Below are positions 26,936-38,676 of a DNA stretch of 64,000 nt, piece after piece (positions within the stretch are counted from its first letter, which is position 1; each line of letters opens with the position of its first letter). The notes under the pieces are model-generated. The model saw only the letters and a list, made by a program, of their open reading frames with translations, did no database searches and was not told the origin of the DNA. The stretch lies in NCBI GenBank assembly GCA_965248695.1, contig CBDFKD010000002.1:5632001-5696000 (forward strand). Reading direction: 5' to 3'. Made by a program: the position numbers and the translations under genes. Source of the DNA: Acidobacteriota bacterium. GTDB taxonomy: Bacteria > Acidobacteriota > UBA890 > WLXD01.

Positions 26936-28240
26936 TCACGTCGGCGCCGACGTGGGGGCCGAAACGCCCTCGCCGACAACAATTCGGCCGCGCTTGATCA
27001 CCCACCGCGGGCCCAGCTGTCCGAACCGGTACGGCAGCATTCGATAATCGTCGGTCGCGTAGATCTGCAGATCGGCCCGCATGCCCGGCTCCAGTCGGCC
27101 GACGACGGCGCCCTGGCCGATCGCATGCGCCGCGTTGGTGGTCGCTGCCACCAGCGCCGCCTCGGGGCTCATCCCCAGCAGCGTGCAGGCGAGCGAGACG
27201 ATCAAGCCCATCGACTCGACGGCGCTCGTCCCGGGGTTGAAGTCGGTGGCAAGCGCAATCGGAACCCCCGCTGCCTGCAGACGGCGCGCCGGTGCCTGCC
27301 GGCGCGACATCACGTACAGCGGCACCGACGGCAGCAGCACCGCCACGACTCCCGCACCCGCAAGCGCCGCGATCCCAGCGGTTGAGATGTAGTCGAGATG
27401 GTCCGCCGAGGCAGCCCCGACCTCCGCGGCGAGCTCTGCACCGCCACTTTCCCCGAGCTGATCAGCGTGGACCTTGACGCCGCACCCGGCGCGGCCGGCC
27501 GCGGCAAAGACGCGGCGACACTCCGGTACCGAAAACGCGCCGTCCTCGCAGAACGCATCGACGTAGTCGACGCGATCCGCGAGCGTCGCGATGATCTCCT
27601 CGACTAGATCCAGATATCCCTCGCGGTCCTCGCGGAACTCACGCGGCACCGCATGCGCCGCCAGCAGCGTCACCACCACGTCCGTGGCTTCGGTCGCTCC
27701 CAAGCGTCGTGCCGCGCGCACGAGCTTTGCCTCGTCGGAGGCGCTGAGCCCGTAGCCGCTCTTGGCCTCGACGGTAGTCGTGCCGCTGTTCATCATGCGG
27801 CGTAGCCGGCGCGTCCCGATCTCGACGAGCTCCTCCTCACCACAGGCGCGGGTAGCGGCAACCGTGCTCAGAATGCCGCCACCAGCCTTCAGGATGTCGC
27901 CGTAGCTGTCGCCAGCGATGCGCTGGGCAAACTCGCCCGGCCGCCAGCCGCCGAACAACACGTGAGTATGTGGGTCGACGAATCCGGGCAGCAGCACACC
28001 GCCGGCGGCGTCCAGGCTCACGGCATCGGGCGCCACCCGTACGCTCGACAGGATGCCGCTGGCCGGGCCGGCATAGACGATCTGTTCGCCGGCCACCGCG
28101 ATGGCGGCGTCCTCGACCAGACCGACGTTGTTCTGATCGGCGCCACAGCTCGGGCCGCTGGCCGGCCCGGTCATTGTCAGGCACTGCCGCAGGCCGCGCA
28201 CCACCAGCGTGGCGACCGTCTTGCCACCGGCGTCTGTCAT
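26936..28240 (-). CDS. hutI: Imidazolonepropionase
   Basis: PGFVDPHTH, GGGILSTVAATR, GTTTVEAKSGYGL, DAFCE, HADQL, SADHL, ALATDFNPG; adjacent to hutU. Confidence 0.96.
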   Translation of the reverse strand: MTDAGGKTVATLVVRGLRQCLTMTGPASGPSCGADQNNVGLVEDAAIAVAGEQIVYAGPASGILSSVRVAPDAVSLDAAGGVLLPGFVDPHTHVLFGGWRPGEFAQRIAGDSYGDILKAGGGILSTVAATRACGEEELVEIGTRRLRRMMNSGTTTVEAKSGYGLSASDEAKLVRAARRLGATEATDVVVTLLAAHAVPREFREDREGYLDLVEEIIATLADRVDYVDAFCEDGAFSVPECRRVFAAAGRAGCGVKVHADQLGESGGAELAAEVGAASADHLDYISTAGIAALAGAGVVAVLLPSVPLYVMSRRQAPARRLQAAGVPIALATDFNPGTSAVESMGLIVSLACTLLGMSPEAALVAATTNAAHAIGQGAVVGRLEPGMRADLQIYATDDYRMLPYRFGQLGPRWVIKRGRIVVGEGVSAPTSAPT

Positions 28241-28282
28241 CGGTCACCAACGATCAGCGTCGCCACCTGCGTAGCGGCAAGC

Positions 28283-29995
28283 TCAGTCATCGAGCGTAGG
28301 CATGTTCACGTTGCGGGCGCGGGCCGTCTCGGCGGCGAGCTCGTAGCCGGCGTCGGCGTGACGCACGACTCCCAGCCCAGGATCAACGGTGAGCACTCGC
28401 TCGAGTCGCTCCGCCTTGCGCTCCGTGCCGTCGGCGACGATCACCATCCCGGCGTGCAGAGCGCGTCCCATTCCGACCCCGCCGCCATGATGAAACGATA
28501 TCCACGAGGCGCCACTGACCGCGTTCATGGCGAAGTTCAAGAGCGGCCAGTCGGCGACCGCGTCGGACCCGTCGATCATCGCCTCGGTCTCCCGGTTCGG
28601 CGACGCAACCGAGCCACAGTCGAGATGATCGCGACCAATCGCGACCGGCGCCGACACTTCGCCGGAGGCCACCAGGCGGTTTATCTCCAGTCCGAATCGC
28701 GCCCGCTCGCCGTAGCCCAGCCAGCAGATCCTCGACGGTAGCCCGAGCTGTGGGACGCGCTCCCGCGCCAGGCTGACCCACCGGTGCAGCACCGGATCGT
28801 CCGGGAACACACGGATGAGGGCATCGTCCAGCACGTCGAGGTCTGCCTCGTCGCCTGATAGACAGGCCCATCTGAAGGGGCCTTTCCCTTCGCAGAACAG
28901 CGGCCGAACGTAGGCCGGAACGAAGCCCGGATACAGATAGTGGCCGTCCTCGCCGCGCACCCGCAGGCCACCGCGCTCCGCCTGGCCGCGCAGGTTGTTG
29001 CCGTAGTCGAAGCACACTGCCCCGGCGCGCTGCAGATCGAGGATGCCCTGTGTGTGGGCCACGATCGACTCGAGAGATCGACGGCGGTACTCCTCCGGAT
29101 CGTCGGCGCGCAGCCGATCCACTTCGTCCAGATCGCCCAGCGGCACGTAGTCGAGCAGGTTATGCGCCGACGTCTGATCGGTGACCACGTCCGGAATCGC
29201 GCCGCGCACGGCGAGCTGCGGGTAAACCTCCGCCGCGTTGCCCACGAGCCCGACCGAGAGGCCACGGCCCTCGCTGCGCGCCGCCTCGATCCAGTCGAGC
29301 GCCTGATCCAGATCGTCCGCTTGGCGATCACAGTAGCCTTCCTCGACCTTGCGGGCAACCCGATGCGGGCGCACCTCCACGATCAGGACGGCCGCGTCGT
29401 TCATCGTCGCTGCCAGGGGCTGCGCACCGCTCATACCACCGAGCCCGGCGGTGAGCACGAACTTGCCGCGCAAGCTATCGGCGCCGAACTCCTGCCGCGC
29501 GCAGGCGGCGAAGGTCTCGTAGGTGCCCTGCAGGATTCCCTGCGTACCGATATAGATCCAGGACCCAGCAGTCATCTGCCCGTACATCATGAGCCCGGCC
29601 TGATCGAGCTCTTCGAAATGCTCCTCGGTGGCCCAGTCCGGTACCAGATTCGAATTGGCGATCACGACGCGCGGCGCGTCCGGCCAGGTGCGTGCGATGT
29701 ACACGGGCTTGCCCGACTGCACACAGAGGGTCTCGTCGGCGGCCAGCCCCTGCAGGGCGGTGACGATCTTGCCGTACGCACGCCAGTTGCGCGCCGCCCT
29801 GCCGCTACCGCCGTATACCACCAGGTTCTCCCAGTCGACGGCAACCTCGGGATCGAGGTTGTTCATCAGCATTCGCAGCGCGCCCTCCGTGTCCCACGTG
29901 GAGCAGCTGCGCTCGGTGCCGCGCGGCGCGCGGATCGGCCCCGCTGGACGATCCTCGGTGTACATCGGCCGGCTTGTGCCGTCGGAATCGGTCAT
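28283..29995 (-). CDS. hutU: Urocanate hydratase
   Basis: [74 protein letters not shown]. Confidence 0.98.
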   Translation of the reverse strand: MTDSDGTSRPMYTEDRPAGPIRAPRGTERSCSTWDTEGALRMLMNNLDPEVAVDWENLVVYGGSGRAARNWRAYGKIVTALQGLAADETLCVQSGKPVYIARTWPDAPRVVIANSNLVPDWATEEHFEELDQAGLMMYGQMTAGSWIYIGTQGILQGTYETFAACARQEFGADSLRGKFVLTAGLGGMSGAQPLAATMNDAAVLIVEVRPHRVARKVEEGYCDRQADDLDQALDWIEAARSEGRGLSVGLVGNAAEVYPQLAVRGAIPDVVTDQTSAHNLLDYVPLGDLDEVDRLRADDPEEYRRRSLESIVAHTQGILDLQRAGAVCFDYGNNLRGQAERGGLRVRGEDGHYLYPGFVPAYVRPLFCEGKGPFRWACLSGDEADLDVLDDALIRVFPDDPVLHRWVSLARERVPQLGLPSRICWLGYGERARFGLEINRLVASGEVSAPVAIGRDHLDCGSVASPNRETEAMIDGSDAVADWPLLNFAMNAVSGASWISFHHGGGVGMGRALHAGMVIVADGTERKAERLERVLTVDPGLGVVRHADAGYELAAETARARNVNMPTLDD

Positions 29996-30020
29996 CTCGC
30001 TTCCCGTTCGTCGCTCACGG

Positions 30021-31169
30021 TCACCTTCCGGAGCTTGTCTCGCGCAAGCGCCAGACAGAGATATCCGCCACGAACGCTTCGCCTAGCTGGGTGGTTCGCA
30101 GTGGTTCGAAATAGGCCTCGAATGCGCGATCCCAGCGGTTCAGAACCCGGTCGCCGGCGCCGCCTGGCCCGCGGTCCTCGTAGAGGATGCCGGCATGGTC
30201 ATCGATGGTGAGGATATCGCCAGGGCGCACAATGTCGAAGTCCACCGCCCGCAACGGATCGTTGGTCCAGTAGTAGGTGCCGTCGACGGCCAGGAACATG
30301 TCGTCCACCACCAGGTCGGCGATCTCCTGCAGACGATCCCACGGCAAGATGGGGCCCTCGTAGACGCCGGCGCGGCGTTGCGCCGCCTGCCAGAAGGCGA
30401 GCACGGTGCCACCCAGGAAACGGCTGGTCGGATGGTCGTCTGTCGAACCGACGATCGGAATGTACGGCAACCCGGCAAAGCCGTGTAGTACCCCGAACGC
30501 GTCGTCACCAGCGCGCACGGTCACGCGATGGGGGTGTTCAGCCTCCGACCGGGAGTGGACCGCGTCGGCCCCGGGCGACGCCGACCTCTGGAGGATACGG
30601 TCGCGCGGATCGCGAATCACCGCTCGGGCCATGAAGCGCATCGTGCCGGCACCGAGGTCCGGGTAGGCGTCACCGCCAGGATCGATGTCGGCCGCGTGGC
30701 TCCAGCCGAATCCCCAGCTCACTTGATAGTTGTCGGCGAACCCGATCTGGGTCACGTCGAAGGCCGGGTCGAAGGTCTCGTTGGCAAATGGGAACGTGGG
30801 CTCGACTTTGAACCAGAGAAACTCGGGCGCGTACCACCAACTGTTCCACGCCTCGACCGCGACGGGCTCGGCGTCTGGGGCGAGACGCACGCTCGGCGTC
30901 GTTCCGTACAGCACGGGCTCGCCACCGCCGAAGCGCGGAACGGCCTCCAGGATGGCGAACAAGGTCACGGGTGTGCCGGAGATCGTCTCCTTGGGCGCCA
31001 CGCTGGCCACGGTATCGCCGAGCGCCGCGGACGCGACCCATACCTGTCGAATCTCCGGCGTCAGCCAGGCACGGGCCCGCGGCACACCGAGAACAACAGA
31101 CAGCAGCGCCGCGACGACGGTCGAGGTAATCAACGCCAACCTCAGTCGTTCTGGAGACGGTGGGCGCAC
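30021..31169 (-). CDS. Secreted hypothetical protein, possibly NlpC/P60-like at the C-terminus
   Basis: Start reassigned to GTG 31169 (AGGAAGG upstream) to avoid overlapping the protease gene; signal peptide; C-terminal [17 protein letters not shown]. Confidence 0.7.
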   Translation of the reverse strand: MRPPSPERLRLALITSTVVAALLSVVLGVPRARAWLTPEIRQVWVASAALGDTVASVAPKETISGTPVTLFAILEAVPRFGGGEPVLYGTTPSVRLAPDAEPVAVEAWNSWWYAPEFLWFKVEPTFPFANETFDPAFDVTQIGFADNYQVSWGFGWSHAADIDPGGDAYPDLGAGTMRFMARAVIRDPRDRILQRSASPGADAVHSRSEAEHPHRVTVRAGDDAFGVLHGFAGLPYIPIVGSTDDHPTSRFLGGTVLAFWQAAQRRAGVYEGPILPWDRLQEIADLVVDDMFLAVDGTYYWTNDPLRAVDFDIVRPGDILTIDDHAGILYEDRGPGGAGDRVLNRWDRAFEAYFEPLRTTQLGEAFVADISVWRLRETSSGR

Positions 31170-31251
31170 GTGCAGCCTTCCTACTGCCCCGCTACTCGTT
31201 GCCTGCAGCAGGGGCTCATGGCAGATCGCGGTGAACGGACGGCCGCGGCCA

Positions 31252-32094
31252 TCAGGACGTTGCGATCGCGGCGGGGTCCTCGTCCGGGGCCAACAAGCCG
31301 GCGCGACCGATGAGGCGCGACGCCACCCGTCGCACAGTGTTGATCGGAATCGCAAAACCGACCCCGGCATAGGCTCCGCGCCCCGATCTCGAAGCAGCCT
31401 CGGAGACCGCGATGGCGGTGTTGATGCCGATGACCTCGCCGCGCAGATTCGCCAGCGGGCCGCCCGAGTTGCCTGGATTGATCGCAGCGTCGGTCTGGAT
31501 GAAGGCGCTGCGCAGCGACAGCGACCGTACGCGGCGATCGAGGGCGCTGACGATACCCGTCGACACAGTTCCGGTGAGCCGGAACGGAGCACCCATGGCC
31601 ACCACCCACTCGCCCACCTGCAGCACCTCGGAATCACCCAACGCGGCGGCGCGCAGCGGCTCCACGACGTCGACTTTCAGCACCGCAAGGTCGGTGCCGC
31701 TGTCGCGGCCGACGACGGTTGCCGGCAAGGGCGGCTTGCCCTGCAGCTGGACCTCGATGTACCCGGCACCCTCCACCACGTGCCAGTTAGTGACCAGGTA
31801 GCCATCTGCTCGCACCACCAGCGCCGAGCCACTCGAACGCTGCGCAGATCCCTCGGCACGCGCTCCTTCGTAGATCGCCACCACGGCTACCGAAGGTTCG
31901 AGCACGCGGGCAACTTCGGTCCACGAGGTGGCGAGAGGCTCGGTGCGAAACTCCGGTACTGGGCCGCCGAGGTCGACCTCGGGCCACATGGCGCCGTCCG
32001 GGGCAACGTAGTAGCTGCCTAGCAGGGCTGCCGCCAGCAGACCGAGGACCGCCAGCAGGGTGTACTGCGTCAGCTGTTTGAATTCATCGCGCAC
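31252..32094 (-). CDS. Trypsin-like (HtrA/DegP-type) serine protease without PDZ domain
   Basis: N-terminal TM segment; triad motifs TNWHVV, DLAVLK, QTDAAINPGNSGGPL; ends shortly after GFAIPIN. Confidence 0.92.
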   Translation of the reverse strand: MRDEFKQLTQYTLLAVLGLLAAALLGSYYVAPDGAMWPEVDLGGPVPEFRTEPLATSWTEVARVLEPSVAVVAIYEGARAEGSAQRSSGSALVVRADGYLVTNWHVVEGAGYIEVQLQGKPPLPATVVGRDSGTDLAVLKVDVVEPLRAAALGDSEVLQVGEWVVAMGAPFRLTGTVSTGIVSALDRRVRSLSLRSAFIQTDAAINPGNSGGPLANLRGEVIGINTAIAVSEAASRSGRGAYAGVGFAIPINTVRRVASRLIGRAGLLAPDEDPAAIATS

Positions 32095-32334
32095 GGCGGC
32101 AGTCTAGCATGGTGATCCAACGGTCTCGGAGCCGAATAAACCGTGCTGCAGAAGCACATCACCTATGAACGGCGGATTGGCCGCCGCCGCTCAACGGCAA
32201 CCACCGACCGTCTATCAGGGCACCGTACCGGCGACCAAAAGTTGCTTGCCGGCCAACGGACTCATGACTACTCTCTTCCATGGAGACACCATCTCCGCTC
32301 CCCCCCACAGTGTCTGCGTGACAGCGGCGAGATC

Positions 32335-33633
32335 ATGCTGAAGAAGATACTCATCGGGGTCGTCGGGGCGCTCGTCGTCACTGCCGGCGTCTACGCCAAT
32401 CGCGGTCGAGCGCCGAAGGCGATCGAGGTGCAGACCGAGAACGTCAAGCGGCGCGACCTGACCGCGACAGTCTCCGGTTCCGGCAAGATCCGCCCGTTCA
32501 AGGAAGTCGACATCTCTTCCAACGTAAGCGGTCGGGTGGTGCAGCTTTCGGTGCTCGAGGGACAGGATGTATCTGCCGGGCAGTTCCTGCTTCGAATCGA
32601 CCCGGTGCGCTACCGGAGCGCTGTCGAGCAGGTGGAGGCGTCGATCCAGTCTGCCGAGACCAACACTGAGTTGGCACGCCAGAACCTCGCCTACGCCAAC
32701 GACGTCCTCGACCGGCGCGAGGGGCTCTACAAACAGGACCTGCTCGCCGAGGAGGCCTACCTCGAAGCGCTTCAGTCGGTCCGCCGCGAGGAGCAGAACC
32801 TGCAGATGCGCGAAACCGACGTCGAGCGTCTGCGTGCCCAGCTCAGGCAGTCCGAGCACGATCTGTCGCAGGTAGCGTTCCAATCACCGATCGACGGCGT
32901 CATCACCAAGCTCAGCATCGAAGAGGGTGAGACCGCGATCACCGGAACGATGAACAATCCGGGGACGGTGTTGCTGACCATCGCCGACCTGTCGTTCGTC
33001 GAGGCCGAGATCGAGATCGACGAGACCGACATCGTCGACGTCGAGCTCGGGCAGAATGCTGAGGTGCGCATCGACGCCTTCCCGGATGACGTGTTCGCGG
33101 CGCAAGTGATCGAGGTCGGCCGCAGTCCGATCAACGGGACGCAGGCAACGTCGAGCACGCAGGCGATCAACTTCAAGGTCGTAGTGCGCGTGCTCGAAGC
33201 CGTCCCCGGGGCGCGCCCGGGGCTTTCGTGCACCGCGGACGTGGTTACCGCTACGCGCAGCGAGGCGCTGGCGGTGCCCATCCAGTCGCTGATACTGCGT
33301 GAGGTAGAGCTCGACGAGGACGGCAAGGTCGTCCAGCGAGATCCGATCGCCGAGCTGCTCGCCGAAGTCGACGGCGCCGCTGCAAGCGACGAAGCTGACG
33401 AAGAGGAGCTGCAGGAGCTCGAAGGGGCGTTCCTCGTGCGCGACGGCAAAGCGGAGTTCGTCCCGGTATCGATCGGTGTGGCCGGAGAGCGCTATTTCGA
33501 GGTTCTCGATGGCATCGACGTCGGCGACGAGGTGGTGATCGGTCCGTTCGACGTCATCCGCACGCTGCAAACCGGCGAAGACGTCGACACCGGCGCGGAG
33601 AAGCCAGATCGGTCTCCCGAAGAGACTGAGTGA
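32335..33633 (+). CDS. Efflux periplasmic adaptor (MacA-like membrane fusion protein)
   Basis: N-terminal anchor; VSGSGKI; SPIDGVI; IDETDI; PGLSC; first gene of an ABC/TolC operon. Confidence 0.92.
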   Translation: MLKKILIGVVGALVVTAGVYANRGRAPKAIEVQTENVKRRDLTATVSGSGKIRPFKEVDISSNVSGRVVQLSVLEGQDVSAGQFLLRIDPVRYRSAVEQVEASIQSAETNTELARQNLAYANDVLDRREGLYKQDLLAEEAYLEALQSVRREEQNLQMRETDVERLRAQLRQSEHDLSQVAFQSPIDGVITKLSIEEGETAITGTMNNPGTVLLTIADLSFVEAEIEIDETDIVDVELGQNAEVRIDAFPDDVFAAQVIEVGRSPINGTQATSSTQAINFKVVVRVLEAVPGARPGLSCTADVVTATRSEALAVPIQSLILREVELDEDGKVVQRDPIAELLAEVDGAAASDEADEEELQELEGAFLVRDGKAEFVPVSIGVAGERYFEVLDGIDVGDEVVIGPFDVIRTLQTGEDVDTGAEKPDRSPEETE

Positions 33634-33637
33634 TCCC

Positions 33638-34390
33638 ATGAGCGACGCGAACAACAGTGACGAAGGCGTCCCGCCGATCATAGAGATTCGCGGCATGACC
33701 AAGATCTACGACATGGGGAAGATCCAGGTCGAGGCGCTTCGTGGCGTTGATTTGGACGTACGCCAGAATGAGTTCATCGCCGTCATGGGACCCTCGGGCT
33801 CGGGCAAATCGACCCTGATGAACCTGATCGGCTGCCTCGATTCACCGACCGCCGGCACCTATCGTCTCAACGAGCAAGAGGTCAGCAGCCTGGACGACAA
33901 CGAGCTCGCGGCAGTACGCAATCGGGAGATCGGCTTCGTCTTTCAGACCTTCAACCTGCTGCCCCGCGCGACGGCGTTGCACAACGTCGAGTTGCCGCTC
34001 ATCTACGGGGGAGTCTCGGGTCGCGAGCGCAAGAAGCGGGCCCTGCGGGCGCTCGAGATGACCGGGCTGGCGGACCGTTCGGACCATCGTCCGAACGAGC
34101 TTTCCGGCGGTCAGCGACAGCGCGTGGCCATCGCTCGGGCGCTGGTCAACGAACCGGCGATCCTGCTCGCCGACGAGCCCACCGGCAACCTCGACTCGAA
34201 GACCTCCCTGGAGGTCATGGATCTGTTTATCGAGCTGCACCATCAGGGGCAGACGGTCATCGTGGTGACGCACGAACCGGATATTGCCAAATACGCCCAG
34301 CGGGCAGTGCACTTCCTCGACGGCGAAATCGTTCGCGACGAGCGGCAGACGCCACGCCGAGCACACCCCGAGCCCGTATCCGTCGGATGA
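33638..34390 (+). CDS. ABC transporter ATP-binding protein (MacB/LolD-like)
   Basis: Walker [41 protein letters not shown]. Confidence 0.96.
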   Translation: MSDANNSDEGVPPIIEIRGMTKIYDMGKIQVEALRGVDLDVRQNEFIAVMGPSGSGKSTLMNLIGCLDSPTAGTYRLNEQEVSSLDDNELAAVRNREIGFVFQTFNLLPRATALHNVELPLIYGGVSGRERKKRALRALEMTGLADRSDHRPNELSGGQRQRVAIARALVNEPAILLADEPTGNLDSKTSLEVMDLFIELHHQGQTVIVVTHEPDIAKYAQRAVHFLDGEIVRDERQTPRRAHPEPVSVG

Positions 34391-35634
34391 GCAGCGCACG
34401 TCGTGCCGTTGGGCTGTCGGAAGGCGTGCTCATCGCCCTCGACTCCATCTGGGCGAACAAGCTGCGGTCGTTCCTGACCGTGCTCGGCAACATCATCGCG
34501 GTGTCGTCGATCATCCTGGTGGTCACGATCATCCAGGGTGTGAACGCCGAAGTCACCGGCCTGCTAACCGGCGAGGGTGCCGACGTCTACTCGATCCAGC
34601 GAGCCGGAATCGCCTTCTCACACGAGGAGGCGATGGCGATGCGCAACCGGCCGCGGCTGACGCGCGCCGATGGCCGTTTCGTGCGCGAGGAGGCAACCAC
34701 CATCGCCGCGCTCTCGGTCGGACAAGAGCGCAACGCCCGCGTCGAGTACGGCGCCCGGTCAATCGATCGCGTGAGCATCGAAGGACGATCCTACGACTGG
34801 GCGCTCCTCGACCCGACAGGGCTTCGTGCCGGTCGCTACTTCTCGGCCCTCGAGGTGGATCGCAACCGTTCCGTCACGCTGCTCGGGCCGGACATCGTGG
34901 AGGAGCTGTTCCCCGGCCTATCGTCCGAAGCGGCAATCGGCCGCCGGGTGCGCATCCGCAACCTGCACTTCGTCGTCGTCGGGGTGCTCGAGACGCGCGG
35001 CTCAGCGTTCGGGTTCAGTCAAGACGAAGTCGCCGTCATCCCGATCGGGATGTGGCAACGCCTCTTCGGCTATCGAGCTTCGCTGGAGTTCCGCGTCAAG
35101 CCGCGCGACCCCAGCCTCGTCGAGGCCTCGATGGAAGAGACGCGAACGCTGATGCGGATTCGACATCGGTTACGACCGCGCGATGAAGACGACTTCGCCG
35201 TGACCAGCTCGGACACCTTCCTGAACCTCTATCATCAGTTCACCGCAGGCATCTACGGAGCCCTTGTCGGCATCGTCGCTATGGCCCTCGTGGTCGGCGG
35301 AATCGTGATCATGAACATCATGCTGATGGTGGTCACGGAACGCACTCGCGAGGTGGGAATCCGCAAGGCGGTGGGGGCCACCTACCAACAGATCCTGTGG
35401 CAATTCCTCGTCGAGGCGGTAACCGTTTCCCTCGTCGGTGGGATCGCCGGAATCACCCTGGGCTATCTGGCCGCCGCGGGGATCTCGAGCTTCACTCCGC
35501 TGCCGTTCGTGCTCGTGCCCTGGTCCGTTGCAGCGGCGTTGGCCACCGTGATGATCGTTGGCGTTGTCTTCGGGATCTACCCCGCCAGCCGGGCTGCGAA
35601 GCTCGATCCGATCGCCGCGTTGCGGCACGAGTAA
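34387..35634 (+). CDS. ABC transporter permease (MacB/FtsX family)
   Basis: [11 protein letters not shown]; [11 protein letters not shown]; [15 protein letters not shown]; [17 protein letters not shown]; ATGA overlap. Confidence 0.95.
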   Translation: MSSARRAVGLSEGVLIALDSIWANKLRSFLTVLGNIIAVSSIILVVTIIQGVNAEVTGLLTGEGADVYSIQRAGIAFSHEEAMAMRNRPRLTRADGRFVREEATTIAALSVGQERNARVEYGARSIDRVSIEGRSYDWALLDPTGLRAGRYFSALEVDRNRSVTLLGPDIVEELFPGLSSEAAIGRRVRIRNLHFVVVGVLETRGSAFGFSQDEVAVIPIGMWQRLFGYRASLEFRVKPRDPSLVEASMEETRTLMRIRHRLRPRDEDDFAVTSSDTFLNLYHQFTAGIYGALVGIVAMALVVGGIVIMNIMLMVVTERTREVGIRKAVGATYQQILWQFLVEAVTVSLVGGIAGITLGYLAAAGISSFTPLPFVLVPWSVAAALATVMIVGVVFGIYPASRAAKLDPIAALRHE

Positions 35635-36893
35635 TGCGCGCCATCGTCATCAGCGAAGTTCTCGTCATGGCTTGGGAGAGCCTACGGGCGCACAAGATGC
35701 GCTCGTTCCTCACCATCCTGGGTATCGTCATCGGCATCACCATGGTGGTCGGCATGACGAGCCTCATCCGTGGCTTCGATCAGTCGATGACCGGCCAGAT
35801 CGAGTCGCTCGGGTCGGACACCGTCTATCTCATCAAGTGGGGAGGCCGTCTGATCACCTCCGGCGAGCAGTTCCGCAAGCTCAACGCTCGACCGGACATC
35901 ACGGATCGCGATGCCGACGCCATCGCCCGACTCGCCGAAACGGTCGAGCGCGTTTCGATCATGTATGGGGCCGGGTTCCCGCCGACCCAGGCGACGGTAA
36001 GGTTTTCCGGTCGTCGCACGAACCAGACCCAGGTGATGGGCATCGCGCCGCGTTTCCTGGACGCTGGCGACATGGAGCTCGACCTGGGGCGTTTCATCAG
36101 CTCGATCGACGTGCGACAACGATCCGACGTGGTGGTGCTCGGACATGGACCTACCTCGGTCCTGTTTCCGGACCGCGACCCGATCGGCCGGCGCGTACGC
36201 GTCAACGGCCGCGAGTATCGGGTCATCGGCACCATCAAGTCGCGCGAGGCATCGAGCCTGGCGGGCGGGGACCAGGCCGACAATTTCGTCCTGGTGTCGT
36301 CGACCAACTACAGCAAGCTGTTCGGCCCGCGGCCAAAGGGGGCGATGGTGGTCATGCGAGCCAAGGCCGAGTACGGCGTGGAACGCATGCAGACCGAGGT
36401 CGAGGGCATCATGCGGGCACGGCATGGGTTGCGTGTCGACGAAGAGCGTGACTTCGACCTCACGACGCAGGAAAGCCTGCTCGAGCTGTGGAACAACCTC
36501 ACGCAGTACTTCTTCCTGACCCTGGTAGCGCTGTCTTCGGTGGCGCTGATGGTCGGTGGGATCGGCGTGATGGCGATCATGCTGGTGTCGGTCACCGAGC
36601 GCACGCGAGAGATCGGTGTACGCAAGGCTCTCGGCGCCAGACGCTCCGACGTCCTGCTGCAGTTCCTCACCGAGGCGATCGTGCTGGCCGCCGCCGGCGG
36701 CCTTCTGGGGGCGCTCGTAGGCGCCGGGGTCGGCTACGCGGCGCACAAGGCCACCGGCTTCCCGATATCGTTACCCTGGTGGTCATTCGCTATCGCCGTG
36801 GGGACGTCGTCCTTGATCGGCGTCGCCTCCGGTATTCATCCTGCTAACCGTGCGGCGCGGCTCGATCCGGTCGAAGCGCTGCGGTACGAGTAA
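35634..36893 (+). CDS. ABC transporter permease (MacB/FtsX family), second subunit
   Basis: TAATG coupling at 35632-35636; HKMRSFLTILG; VTERTREIGVRKALGA; LDPVEALRYE. Confidence 0.95.
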   Translation: MRAIVISEVLVMAWESLRAHKMRSFLTILGIVIGITMVVGMTSLIRGFDQSMTGQIESLGSDTVYLIKWGGRLITSGEQFRKLNARPDITDRDADAIARLAETVERVSIMYGAGFPPTQATVRFSGRRTNQTQVMGIAPRFLDAGDMELDLGRFISSIDVRQRSDVVVLGHGPTSVLFPDRDPIGRRVRVNGREYRVIGTIKSREASSLAGGDQADNFVLVSSTNYSKLFGPRPKGAMVVMRAKAEYGVERMQTEVEGIMRARHGLRVDEERDFDLTTQESLLELWNNLTQYFFLTLVALSSVALMVGGIGVMAIMLVSVTERTREIGVRKALGARRSDVLLQFLTEAIVLAAAGGLLGALVGAGVGYAAHKATGFPISLPWWSFAIAVGTSSLIGVASGIHPANRAARLDPVEALRYE

Positions 36894-37043
36894 TGGGATC
36901 GTTTTCTGAAACAACGAGCGGTGGGCGACCGTCTCCTCAATGAACAGGCAGGCGTCGTGCGCCCTTCCCGAAGCCCCACAGGTCGGCATTCCCCTCGCCG
37001 ACTGAACTCCTCGAGCCCCATCGCCAACGTGTCGAGACCTTTC

Positions 37044-38672
37044 ATGTTCCGACTTCGAACGCTCCAGCTCCTGCACCTGGTGGCAGCGGCGGCAATCGTC
37101 GGCGGCGCACAGCCCGCATCGGCGCAAGACCAGGTGCCGGCCGGCGCCCTGCAGGAGGACACCGGTGCGACGCTCGAGCTGACGCTGCGCAACGCGGTCG
37201 AGATGGCCCTGCGGCACAACCTGCAGGTACGCATCAACAAATTCGCGCCGGAAGTACAGGCCGAGAACATCACCTCGGCCCGGGGGCGCTTCGACCCCAA
37301 CCTGACGTTCGACCTGCCGAGCGCGTACGGACAGAACACCAGTCAGGGCACCACCACGCTGGCAGGCGGCGATGTAGTTACCGACGAGACGTTCTCCGCC
37401 GGATTCGGATTCAGCCACCTGCTGGAGTACGGCACCAACTACTCGGTGAACTGGACAGCGCAACGACGTTTCAGCACCAACTCGTTCTCGACCTTCAACC
37501 CGAACTTCAGCTCGACGTTGCGGGTCCAGCTCACCCAGCCGCTGCTGCGGGACCGCGGACGGGAATCCAACCGCGCCCAAATCATCATCGCGCAGGACAA
37601 TCTCGAAGTCACAATGGAGACCTTCCGCGATCAGGTACAGCAGACGATGCTGAGCGTTTACCAGGCGTACTGGCAGCTCGTTTTCACCGAGGATGATCTG
37701 GCGGTCAAGGAGCTATCACTCGACCTGGCGCAGCAACAGTTCGAGCGCAACAAGGTGCAGGTCGAAATAGGCACTCTGGCACCCATCGAGACGATCCAGG
37801 CCGAGCAACAGGTGGCCACCAACGAGCTGCAGCTCACCCAGGCGCAGCAGGCGCTTGCCGACGCACGCGACGACCTCAAGCGGCTGATCAACGTCGAGGC
37901 CTCGGCGCAAGCCGGATGGGACGTCGGATTGGTTGCCGCCGACGATCCGCAAGTGACCGGCGAGGCCATCGACGTAGCGGACGCCGTCGGCCAGGCGCTC
38001 GAGCGCGATCCGCAGCTGCAGCGTTTGCGAATTCAGGCACGCACACGGGCACTGAACGTACGGACGGCGCGCAACTCGCTTCTTCCGCAGGTGAACTTCA
38101 CCGGCTCGATTGTGCTCTCGGGGCAGGGCGGTGACACCCTCATCCGGGGCGGCGGCTTCCTCTCCACCGATATCCTCGAGGTGCAGGAGGGCGGATTTTC
38201 TGACGCGCTCCGTAACCTGTTCTCGGGTGATTTTCGTAACTGGCAGGTCGGCCTGCAGGTTCAGTTCCCGATCAACAACTGGGCCGCCCGAGCACAGCAC
38301 GCGCAGGCGCTCATCAACGAGCGCCAGCTGAGCGCGCAGATCGCTGATCGCGAGCAGCAACTGCGGGTCGACATTACCAAGGCTGTCCGTCAGGTAACCA
38401 GCGGTGCCCAGCAAGTGGCGCAGGCCACCGTGGCCCGTGAGCTGGCCGAGCGACAGCTCGATGCGGAAGAGCGCAAATTCGCTGTCGGTACGACGACGAA
38501 CTTCGAAGTGCTACGGTTCCAGCGCGACCTGGCCAACGCCAGAACTTCGGAGCTACAAGCGATTACTACCTACATGAACTCGGTCGCCCGGCTCGAGCAG
38601 ACCAAGGGCACGTTGCTCGAGAGCCTCGGCATGAGCATCGCGATGGCCGGGATACCCGACTCGCCGCGATAG
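37044..38672 (+). CDS. TolC-family outer membrane protein
   Basis: Signal peptide; LTLRNAVEMALRHN; LLPQVNF; AEERKFAVGTTTNFEVL; located after the MacAB-like genes. Confidence 0.92.
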   Translation: MFRLRTLQLLHLVAAAAIVGGAQPASAQDQVPAGALQEDTGATLELTLRNAVEMALRHNLQVRINKFAPEVQAENITSARGRFDPNLTFDLPSAYGQNTSQGTTTLAGGDVVTDETFSAGFGFSHLLEYGTNYSVNWTAQRRFSTNSFSTFNPNFSSTLRVQLTQPLLRDRGRESNRAQIIIAQDNLEVTMETFRDQVQQTMLSVYQAYWQLVFTEDDLAVKELSLDLAQQQFERNKVQVEIGTLAPIETIQAEQQVATNELQLTQAQQALADARDDLKRLINVEASAQAGWDVGLVAADDPQVTGEAIDVADAVGQALERDPQLQRLRIQARTRALNVRTARNSLLPQVNFTGSIVLSGQGGDTLIRGGGFLSTDILEVQEGGFSDALRNLFSGDFRNWQVGLQVQFPINNWAARAQHAQALINERQLSAQIADREQQLRVDITKAVRQVTSGAQQVAQATVARELAERQLDAEERKFAVGTTTNFEVLRFQRDLANARTSELQAITTYMNSVARLEQTKGTLLESLGMSIAMAGIPDSPR

Positions 38673-38676
38673 CCCA

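Noticed and set aside
26936-29995. hutUI without hutH/hutG as a novel pathway
   Set aside because: Split hut loci are common, and the other genes may lie outside the window.
31170-31637. N-terminal extension of ORF 30021-31637 overlapping the protease gene
   Set aside because: Arg/Ser-rich non-coding-like translation; a better start with RBS and signal peptide exists at 31169.
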